Source of the DNA: Thraustochytrium aureum
Lineage: Eukaryota
Direction: 5' to 3'
DNA length: 35,807 nt
Assembly (NCBI GenBank): GCA_012862495.1
Contig: BLSG01000280.1
Span: 1 to 35,807 of the forward strand
A program made the position numbers and the translations under genes. The notes under the pieces are model-generated. The model did no database searches. It saw nothing but the letters and a program-made list of their open reading frames with translations, and was not told where the DNA came from. Of this stretch, positions 10,569-20,657 are shown one piece after another. Within the stretch, counting starts at the first letter, position 1, and the number at the start of each line of letters is the position of its first letter.

Positions 10569-10954
10569 CATGTCTTTGATGAGCGGCTGCGCGCCCAACC
10601 TTTGAGCTAGTTCCTGATGTAACCATTTTACAACGTTTTGAGCAACCAACCTCTTCCAACAATCGGACTCTGACCCAAGCGGACCAGAGCTCAGTGGACA
10701 ACTAGAGAGCGTAGCGGCGCGAGCACGGCGAAGGCCCTGCGCGCAGTTTCACGGCGCTGCGGACCACCGGGAAGCACGCGCGCGCCCATGTACATCTGCA
10801 ACGCCTTTGCTACACACCGGACTCCCCCAGTTTCGGGCTCTACAACAACCAGGACGCTCCAGAGCGCCGAGGTCATCGAGGCGCAGGGCGAGCCCAATGA
10901 ACGCGGAATTCCAAGAACTGCTCGACAATGCGGCCTTCCCTTCTTCGAGCGCCA

Positions 10955-10989
10955 CCATCGAGGAGCCATCGAGGAGCCATCGAGGAGCC
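10955..10989. repeat. 11-bp tandem repeat x3 (CCATCGAGGAG)
   Basis: ccatcgaggag ccatcgaggag ccatcgaggag cc. Confidence 0.9.
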
Positions 10990-11937
10990 CCGGGATGCCA
11001 GGCGACTTTGCAGGCAGCAAAACAGCCGCACACCGTCTCTGCTGAGCTCGCGAGCCGGCGTCAATCGAGAGTGAGTCAAGCTGAAGTCGTCTGGATCCGT
11101 TGAATTGTCGCACGTTGCGCTCGAAACCAAAACCTCCCGTTGTGCCGCGCACCGCTGCAACCAACTCCTTCGCTCGTCGCGTCGGACTGGCAACAGGCCG
11201 AGCGAGAGCGACAGCGGAGCGCTCCTATCTCGGTCAAGTCGAAGTCAACGAGGAGTAGAGTACCTCGCAGGCAACACCACCATCGACCATCATGAAAACA
11301 AGCTGCGACCACCTCGATCGCTGGAATCGCACATTTTGCACTCGAGGGCTGCACAGCCATGGCAGATTGTGCTACACTACGCGGCTCTGCCGCCTCGAGC
11401 CCGCTTCCAGCAGGCTCTTGGTTGGTCGTTTTCTTGGTCGTCGAGTCCCGTTTGGGGAGGCGCGATTTGGGCCGTTTCTGGCGATGGCTGACGCGGTGGG
11501 TCAAAGTTGCCGGGGCCGGACGCCCGTCCCCGTCCCGTTTGCACAGCACAAGTGGAGCCTATTGACACCAACGTGGACCTCAATATCACGGAGTGCGGCT
11601 TGCGCTGCTTTCAACGTTGCGTGGAGGACGGCCTCGTCGATGGTTGGGAACTGGTATCGCTGCATTCAAAGTTCATTCGGCAAGGGCTCTCGCGATACAC
11701 AAGTGGAGCGCTTGCGTGGGCTTGCTCTGGCGGGCGGCGAGTTCAAGCTCCTTCTCCAGTTGAGGCATAAAAGGACTCTGAACTTTGTAATCGGCGTACG
11801 TGCTGCCAGCCGAGCACTCTGTCAGCCAGCCAGACCCCTGTCGCTCGCTCGCACTGCCCCCTTGCTGTGGCGCTCGCGGAGCCCGATTGCCAGTGGGCCC
11901 CCGATTCAGAGTTTGGAACGGGCGAGCAGACCCTGCG

Positions 11938-12983
11938 ATGGCCGAGGCAGGCATCCTGAGCGGCGGCGACAAGGCGGAGCCATGCCTCTACCACGTCTTG
12001 CGCATCAACAAGGATGCGTCGGTCATGGACATTCGCAAAGCGTACAAGCTGCTGGCGAGGCAGTTTCACCCCGACCGGCGCGGCGAGGCGGCCAATCCGC
12101 AGGGCATGGACTCGATGCCAGACGGGCTGAGCGACCACGACATGTTCTCGCTTGTTGCTCGCGCCTACGAGGTGCTCGTCGACCCAACGAGCCGGGCCAC
12201 GTACGACCTCCTGCACGGAAACGCGGGCGGCAGCACGCTCTNNNNNNNNNNNNNNNNNNNNNNNNNNNNNNNNNNNNNNNNNNNNNNNNNNNNNNNNNNN
12301 NNNNNNNNNNNNNNNNNNNNNNNNNNNNNNNNNNNNNNNNNNNNNNNNNNNNNNNNNNNNNNNNNNNNNNNNNNNNNNNNNNNNNNNNNNNNNNNNNNNN
12401 NNNNNNNNNNNNNNNNNNNNNNNNNNNNNNNNNNNNNNNNNNNNNNNNNNNNNNNNNNNNNNNNNNNNNNNNNNNNNNNNNNNNNNNNNNNNNNNNNNNN
12501 NNNNNNNNNNNNNNNNNNNNNNNNNNNNNNNNNNNNNNNNNNNNNNNNNNNNNNNNNNNNNNNNNNNNNNNNNNNNNNNNNNNNNNNNNNNNNNNNNNNN
12601 NNNNNNNNNNNNNNNNNNNNNNNNNNNNTGCTCCTTGGCGCTCTTGCTGCATTTGGGGCTGGCGCGTTCCTCGCGCTCGACACGCACAGGGTGTTCCGGG
12701 ACGCCGCGCTGCGCTCAGCGTCGCGGATCTCTATGTCGCTGACGAGGCCCTTGCGCCGCTGAACGAATATGCGAGGGCGCAGGCTAGTTCCCGGTCGGCG
12801 ATTTCCTACAACTCGAACCAAACTCGAACAATGCTTTATCCTTTTCGAGCTTCGCGCTATCTCTCTATTGATCAAGGGAGCAAGCAGGACACTGCTGTCC
12901 TCGGCACGATGGCCCGCCTTGTCAGCGAAACGGGGTCCTCAGCACGATGGCCCCCGGCTTGTCAGCGACGCAGTGACCTCTGA
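11938..12983 (+). CDS. J-domain (DnaJ class C) protein, probably membrane-anchored
   Basis: ATG 11938; LYHVLRINKDASVMDIRKAYKLLARQFHPD...FSLVARAYEVLVDPTSRATYD with HPD intact. After gap 12242-12628 comes a hydrophobic segment, LLGALAAFGAGAFLAL. The end is 12762 as read, or 12983 if there is a frameshift near 12695-12715. Confidence 0.8.
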
Positions 12984-15900
12984 AAGTCAACGGGCGGCGT
13001 ATACCCGAGGAGGTACTCTCGGCCGCCGAGTCTGCGCGGGGCAGAGCCCGGCTGATACAGCTGACCAGTGGAGGCGCGACTGCGGTCCGGGCTAAATGCA
13101 TAGGCGGGAAAGCCCTCCATCTCGGACGCGAATCGCTCGCGGTTCTCTGGCGACAGCTGTTCCCGAATGCGGCGGCGCTCGCGAAGAGCAATCTTGTACG
13201 CGCTGCGGTCCCCCGTGTCTTTGAGAAAGATCTGGTGCTGGTTGCCGCTCCGGGCATCGCCCAGGACGCGGAAAAACTCGTGAAAGTCGATCCGGCCGTC
13301 CTGCTTCTGGTCCATGCCGTCCATGAACAGCTCGATCTCGCGCTTCGTCAGAGAAGGGTCGATCCTGTGGAGGCCGCGGCGAAACTCCTGCCTCGAGAGC
13401 GACCCGGACCGGCCCGTGTCCATCGAAATGAAGAGCGTGTGCAGCATGCCCTCCGTCTGGCCCATCAACGCGTCGAGCACTCGTATATGCGCTTGCTTGG
13501 ACTCGCGCTGCTCCGCGGTCGCATGCCGGCCCCGAGAGCGCTCTGGCGCGCTCTGGCGCGCTTTGGAGGCCGACGCAGACCCGCCGCGTTCGTTGCGTCG
13601 GCGCTGTGCGGAGCTCCGCGCGAGTCGGTCATTGTCGCGCTCGACATCGCTGACGGACTCTGGCGTGCCGGGCTCCCCCCAGAGTTCGAGTGGAGGCGGC
13701 GCCACGCGCTGCGCCGCGGGATGCGGCGAGCCCGAGTCGCGCGAAATAGTCGGCGGGGGCGCGCGCGAGTCATGGAACGGCTTGCGCGTGAGCCGCTTAT
13801 CGCGATCTCCCTCTTCATGCACGTCGAGGGAGCCCCGCGCTTCCCGTGCTGAAGGCGGCTCTCTTGCCTGGGTGGCGTCCCAGCGGCGAGAGCGCTGTTC
13901 GCCGCTAGGCACATCCTGCCACGTTGGCTGGGTCGCGGCGCGCCGGGGCAGCGACGTCGTGCGTAGGCGGCGCGCAAACTGCAGAGCCGTAATCAGATCC
14001 GAGCTTCGCGGGCAGTTCATGATGAGCGTCGGCAAGACAAGCAAGTGGTGCATACACCCCTCTGAGGCTCCTCCGCTCGCAGGTGGCCAGGAACGCAGCG
14101 CACAAGTCCCAAGCTGCTCCTCGTTGAGACAGTCGCGCAGCACGCCGAGGAGAACCGAGTTTGAAAAGAGCCGGAGCAAGGCTCCAGGTGAGCGCCCAGA
14201 CGCAATGCGCTTGGCGTCAGCTGGCGATCGGGCGACGCTTGGGTGGCCCCGGGCCTCCCCCTGCACGTCCATGTCATGCTCGGCACCTTCGAGCGAGTTT
14301 ATAACCTGCACGAGGCTCTCAACGGCCTCGTCCTCACTGGCGGCCTCCGGCGGGTTCGAGGCAAGCTCGACGATGTGCATTTTGCCCGCGCTGACGCGGC
14401 CGGAGAAAGGGTCGCTCGCCTCGACGCGAACCGTAAACACGAGGTGCGACTCGCTTGCGTGGCTCGTCGACTCGTTCAGTTTGCGCGAAGCAGAGGCCGC
14501 CGCGCGATTCCCCGACCCCATCGCCGCCACGAGCGAGGCCTCGTACCTGGACCGCACCTCGACGATCGTGAGCCCCGCCGCCTCCAGATTGACCCGGCCG
14601 GTTGCTCGTGCGGCAACGCGGTCAAACTGCAGCCGCTCGAAAAGGCGGTCCGCGCTGCCTGGCCCCGCACCCGGGTTGGCGAGCATGTCAAAGGCATCAC
14701 TTCCGAAAAGGTCGATGCACGACAAGCTGATAACAGGCGCTCGCAAGCCCGTGCGCGGCGCAGTCCCGCGGCTCTTGGCCCCGTCCTCGCGGCCAAGCGA
14801 GTCAACAACGTCAAACACCGCGCTGATGATCGCGTTGGTGGCGGCGCTTGCCCCTGGCCCAGACGCAATGACGACGGCGCGGTCGCCGTCGAACAGGGCG
14901 TCCACGAGCGGAAGCGCGTGACTCAGAAGCGAGCCGCTATTCGGGTGCCCCGAGCCCAGTCCGCGGCCTGCAGCTGTGGCCACGTCGGGCGGTGGGCGCG
15001 CCTCGACGCGGACCTCGTCAAACCCAAAGTACCGGTCCAACGTCTCTCCAGGGACGTACAGCTCGCCTGCGGAGGGCCGCGGCACGACCCTGAGCGCCTC
15101 CTCGTCGGCGAGGGCCCAGGATCCGCCCCGCCCCGCCCGAGGGGAGTGGGCGGCCACCGAGGGCGACGTTGCCGACAGGAGCCCAGCGCTCACGCCGCCG
15201 TCTTCGTACACGGTACAAATCACGCGGACGCGGTTCCCGGTCGACTGATGCAGCGAGCGCCGTCGACGCCGCTCGCGCTCAAAGGTGGCCCTCGCATCGT
15301 CCGCGCCCAGCGGTCTCGCGTACGTCTCCAGCGAATTGCTGTCGTCTGGAGGCCCCGGGGCGGCGACGCGCAAATCCAGTTTCGCCACCAGCGACTCTCG
15401 CAAGCCGCCGCGCCTGCTTCGCACGGCCATAAAGGCCGACAGTTCGCGGGCCGCGTCGCCGACCGCCGCAGAAAACCCGCGCACCGGGTCCTTGAGCCCC
15501 CGCAGATCGCTAGAGAGACCCCGCAGCTGGGCAAAGACCCGTCCCTCCCACTCGCGCCGCGAGCGCTCCGATCTCATGTTCTGGAAAATCAGCTTGTCCT
15601 TCTCCGAGCTCTTCAGTTTCTCGATCATGAGCGACTGCGCGTGCAGGTGAGCGGCGCTCCCAGATCGGTATCGGCGCAGCTCAACAAGCTCGCCAGAGAG
15701 ATTCATAAACTTGTCGTTCGAGTCGGCCAGCTGCTGGTGCATCGAGTCCACTTGGCTCTGGAGCTTGATGTTCTGCTCTTTCAGACGCTGCAGCTCCTGG
15801 CGCTCAAGCTTGCGCTCGGCTTCAGAGCGCTCCGCGTCGTCTTTGAGAGACTGGACAAGGCGATCCGACCCGGCAGCGTCCTGCCGCGCTTTGCGAAGCA

Positions 15901-18900
15901 GCTCGCCGCGCTGCGAGAGCTGCTCCGTAACCCTTGTCAGCTCTCGAGCCTGCGCCTCGTTCTCGCCGGCCAACTTGCTCAGCTCTGAAGCGTGTTCGTG
16001 CGCTCGCGAGTTTGCGGCGTGGACCTCGCGGGCGGCTGCACTCTCCGATGTGCGGAGCTGGTCGATGACTCGGTTGAGCTGTGTGATTGTTTCGACCAGC
16101 GACTCGACGTCCTCGCTGCCAGGGCGGCGCCCCGAGGCTTCCACGCGCTTGCCAGCGGCCGCGAAGACGTGCGCAGCGCTGGACTCGATGTGCGACCGTT
16201 TCGCTTCAGACTCGAGGTGCGCTGCGAGGGCGTCTTCGAGCTGCGTGCGGAGCTGCTTGGCCTCGCGCTCGGCGCGAGCGCGCTCCTCTTCGCTCTTGCG
16301 CGCGGCGGCCTCTTTCTCTCGGACCTCGCGTTCGGTTCGGGCAAGCGCCTCCGTGAGCTCCCCGGTCTGCCGCTGCAAGTTCATGGCTGCCTGGTGTGCG
16401 ACCGCCTCCTTGCGGTTCGCGTGCTCCCACGTCTTCGCGAGCTGGTCTCGAAGCTCTTGCACGACTAGCTCGAGGTCTTGCGCTTGGCGCTCTTGCAGCT
16501 TGAAGGCGACGTGAAAGCGGTCGCGGCGCAATGCAGTTGCATTGTGCGCTTCGTCCTCTTCCTCGTCAGGGCCGCCCGTGCTCTGCACGCCCTGGCTTCT
16601 GGTGCTTGGGCTGCTAGGTCTCGGGCTTGCGGGTCCCTCAGAGCCAGGCCTGCTTCCGCCGCCGCTGCGGCTGCCGTCGCTGGCCACAACTAGTTTGGCG
16701 AGCTGAAGCTCTGCGCGAAGGTCGCGCTCCTTCTCTTTCTGGCGCTCCAACGCGTGGGCAAAGTCTTGGTGCATTGCCGCCAGTTCTTCCTGGCGCTGCT
16801 CCTCGACGGCCTTGAGACGCGCTTCGAGAGCGGCCTCCAGCTCGACCGTCCTTTCCTCGGCTGCAAGCCGTAGATTGAGCTCGTGCTCGGTAATTTGCTG
16901 TGCGCGCTGGTTTGCGCGGTGCGCCTCGAGCCGCGCATCGATCGTTTGGTGCCTCGCAAGCTTGAGCTTGGCGCTCTTCCCGGCTCCTGGCGACCCCGCG
17001 CCGCCGCTCACCGTGCCGGCGCGCCGCCGCACTTGTAGGCTGACGGATTCCCTCTTGTAGGCGCTCATGTCGACCGTGCTCGCCGCCTTGGCCCGCGTCT
17101 GCCCCAGCGGCGATCGCGGGGACTGCGCTTGCGGCGACGTCGCTGTTGGCGAAAGCGCCATGGTGGCAGATCTGGCCCCGCCGAGCCCTGGCGAAGACAG
17201 AGCTCGAGGCAGACTTGATGACGGTTCCGGTAGCAATGCGTCGATGCCGTCATCACCTTTGAGCTCGAGCACGCTGGACGGCGCGTTGGGAGAGCGCGGG
17301 ATGGCCGGAGAGCGCTCTGTCGGCGAGGAGGCGCGGCTCTGAACCCCGCTCACCGAGTTGGCCGCGCTGCTGCGACCTCCCGCCTCGAGCAGCTCCGCGC
17401 GGAGCTGGCCCAGCCCTGTAAACTTGAGAGACAGGGTGAGCTCGATGCGCGACGCCCCGGCGTTCCGGCTCTTTTNNNNNNNNNNNNNNNNNNNNNNNNN
17501 NNNNNNNNNNNNNNNNNNNNNNNNNNNNNNNNNNNNNNNNNNNNNNNNNNNNNNNNNNNNNNNNNNNNNNNNNNNNNNNNNNNNNNNNNNNNNNNNNNNN
17601 NNNNNNNNNNNNNNNNNNNNNNNNNGCGCTTGCTTTCGTCTCGCTCGAGCGAAAACCACCTGCGGATGACAACCTCCGTCTCGGACTCGAGCACCACGTT
17701 TTCTGTGCAGTAGAGCAGCTCCCAAAAGGGAACTGCAAGGCGTCCGATTCGCACAGATTTCCGCCACCGATCTGTGTGGAGCAGCTCGACGACAAGAAAG
17801 GCGTCCGCAGCGGCTCCGGAAGTCCACCGCTTTCCCCAAACAAGTGGTCGCTTTCCCAAACTGGATTGGTTGATTTGCGAACGGCGTCGCAGCGGAACTT
17901 TTCGCGACCAACTCGACAAACACAGCGGCCGTCGACTGGCTGCAAGGGGCTCGTCGCATCGGCGTCGCTTCTTGTGCCGCGCTGCTGGTTGTTCGGGTGC
18001 CGCACGTTTTGGGCGCGGTGGACCACAATATGAAGGTGGGCCCCCGCAGCAATGCCTGGGGCCGGGGCCTGCATGCCGTCACAGCCGCCGAGGGACGAGC
18101 TCGGCGATCCTTTGTCGCTCTGCGCCACCGCCTGCCTCCTTTCTGCCCCGTCGAGCTCGTCGTCCTGCGCGGCCCAGTCGGCCACGAGGTCAAATTCGCT
18201 CTCTCCGCTTCCTTCTGAAGACCGCCCCGAGACGGACGAGATCATGCTAAGGCGCGCGGAGGACCCTGTGTCCACGCGAAGTGCATCCACGATTCTTGCT
18301 TCCTCCTCGTCGTCTTGGTCCAACGCCGCCTCTGCAGGTCGACATTCCGCTCCGCCGCTCGCAGCGCTGGCGCTCGGCGACGCCACTTGGAGAAGCTCGT
18401 CAAAATCTTTGGCGTGGGGGTCGCGCGCAGACTGGGGCGGGGTTCGTGACGCGGCAGAGAGCGAGCCGGGCGAGTCAGCAAAACCATACTGCTTTGCCGT
18501 TGGAGGCGACCAGCTCTGCTTGCTTGGGTTGATGTGCTCGGTGTCAAAGACATTGTAGAACTCTTGAAAGGTGACGAGGCCGAGCTCGTTGGCTGCCACG
18601 GACTTGACGAATCTGCGAAGCTCGTCACGCGACAAGCCGATCTCGAGCTTGCAAAGCCCCTCAAAGAGCTCGATGCGGGAAAGGGCTCCCTTTTTCTTGC
18701 GGTCCATGATGAGGAACGCGTCATACAAACGGCTATGCGTCTTTTCGATGGCGCGCTTCACCGCGGCCTGCACCTTGCGCTCGGCGGCCAGCTCGCTCTC
18801 AGAGCGGGGCTCGGACCGCGTCACATCCAGGGGGCTGGCTGCGCCGGCAACATCGGCTTCCCAGCCCACTGAGGCTGGGGGCGAGACCCCAGACCCGCTC

Positions 18901-19205
18901 GCGAACGGTGAGAAGGGCGGCTTTGCGCGCGGGCTGCCATGGTGAAGTGCGACCGCAGCCTCGCGCTCGCGCTCTCGGGCCTCCTGCTGCTGGGTGAGGA
19001 GCTGCGAAGCGTTGACGCACCTTGGTGTCAGAGCGGGCCAGCGCGGTGCAATGGACGCGCGGGCGGGCGGCACTTACCTCTTCAAAGGATTCGTTCAGGG
19101 AATCCAGCTGGAGCACCTCTAGTTCGCCATCCTGCGCAGCAAAGCAAAGTAGCTCCGACGGGCCGTCGACGACGCCGGGCGAATCGCAGTCCACCTGGCC
19201 CAGTA
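12962..19205 (-). CDS. Giant multidomain protein: EF-hand pair - C2 - long coiled coil - degenerate kinesin-14-like motor - EF-hand pair (5' end beyond gap 19206-19841; candidate ATG 20042)
   Basis: Joined from ORFs 17253..19073, 17350..17919 and 12962..18193 using the intron at 19002-19077, a -1 frameshift at about 17835 and gap 17476-17625. EF pair ~18560-18730 (AFLIMDRKKKGALSRIEL...GLVTFQEF). C2 ~17420-18045 (LHIVVHRAQNV...RKSTNPVWE...FLVVELL...IGRLAVPF...RWFSL...IELTLSL). Coiled coil ~15550-16950. Motor remnant ~13960-15280. EF pair ~13270-13450 (DTGRSGSLSRQE, DQKQDGRIDFHE). Stop TGA at 12962-12964. Confidence 0.75.
19002..19077 (-). other. 76-nt spliceosomal intron (phase 0)
   Basis: The minus strand reads GAG|GTAAGTgccgcc...CTGAC...cttcgCAG|CTC. 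Removing it joins ...LNESFEE to LLTQQQEARERE... in frame. The branch-point-like CTGAC is at 19031-19027. Confidence 0.85.
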
Positions 19206-20657
19206 NNNNNNNNNNNNNNNNNNNNNNNNNNNNNNNNNNNNNNNNNNNNNNNNNNNNNNNNNNNNNNNNNNNNNNNNNNNNNNNNNNNNNNNNNNNNNNN
19301 NNNNNNNNNNNNNNNNNNNNNNNNNNNNNNNNNNNNNNNNNNNNNNNNNNNNNNNNNNNNNNNNNNNNNNNNNNNNNNNNNNNNNNNNNNNNNNNNNNNN
19401 NNNNNNNNNNNNNNNNNNNNNNNNNNNNNNNNNNNNNNNNNNNNNNNNNNNNNNNNNNNNNNNNNNNNNNNNNNNNNNNNNNNNNNNNNNNNNNNNNNNN
19501 NNNNNNNNNNNNNNNNNNNNNNNNNNNNNNNNNNNNNNNNNNNNNNNNNNNNNNNNNNNNNNNNNNNNNNNNNNNNNNNNNNNNNNNNNNNNNNNNNNNN
19601 NNNNNNNNNNNNNNNNNNNNNNNNNNNNNNNNNNNNNNNNNNNNNNNNNNNNNNNNNNNNNNNNNNNNNNNNNNNNNNNNNNNNNNNNNNNNNNNNNNNN
19701 NNNNNNNNNNNNNNNNNNNNNNNNNNNNNNNNNNNNNNNNNNNNNNNNNNNNNNNNNNNNNNNNNNNNNNNNNNNNNNNNNNNNNNNNNNNNNNNNNNNN
19801 NNNNNNNNNNNNNNNNNNNNNNNNNNNNNNNNNNNNNNNNNCAAGGCGCTCGGCCGAGCGCGGGCCTCGTGCGCGCACGACGCCGGTCGGGCTGTGGCCG
19901 AGCGAGCTGCGGTCGTTGATCGATATGCTTGCACGGCTGCGCTTGCGCGCTCTGTCTGGCCTGTCGATGGTCGGGTCGCATCGGGTCGAGGACGGACGCC
20001 GGGCGACGACATGAAAACGCTGGACTTCGTGGCCAGGCTCATGATCGCTCCACGGATTGACCTGTAATGGTCGAGGTCGAGCTGAGCTCGTTGCTGCCTT
20101 CGCTGGGACCTCGCTGGGCGGCACGGTCCCGAATCGGCGCGGCATTGACGGCGATTGGGGCCGTCGCCGCATAGATAACAATCACGTTTGCCAGGTCTCG
20201 GATAGGTAATGGCCACGCGACGCGCTCCGCGGCAACGGCGGCCGCGGACGTCGCTGCCGCGCGACGAGCAAACGGCCCCGCTGCGTGATGTTGGATGGCA
20301 CCGGACATGGCCGTCCCTCGCTGGATGGACGAGGAACGGGTGGGGAACGCATTTCCTAACCGACGACTTTGTGCTTGATGGAGCATCAAAGCCCTCAACG
20401 CAGCGGCGGCAGCGGCTGCGTTGTTGACGGCGGCAGCTGCGCTCGGCTACAGCGCCAGGCCCACGGCGGCCGGCGTGGCGGGCTGCGCGCCGGTGCTGTG
20501 CGTGGAGCGCGCCTTGGCTTGATTCGGAGGGATTTTGACGGTCTGGGACGACGCTCCAAGCTAACCTGAATACAAGGACCCTCCAGGCACTCCGCCCTTC
20601 TTCCCACATTCGCACACGGAGCAAAGGTGCGCTGCCCAAGGGCTCGTGCTGGTCAAT

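Noticed and set aside
10005..12241. Zinc-module ORF and J-domain ORF as exons of one class A DnaJ
   Set aside because: The order is wrong (the zinc finger would precede the J domain), the first ORF has its own acylation start and clean stop, and no splice sites link them.
13235..16514. Long plus-strand ORFs (535, 581 and 267 aa) opposite the pseudo-kinesin
   Set aside because: Antisense shadows typical of GC-rich coding DNA; Ser/Arg/Ala-rich with no motifs.
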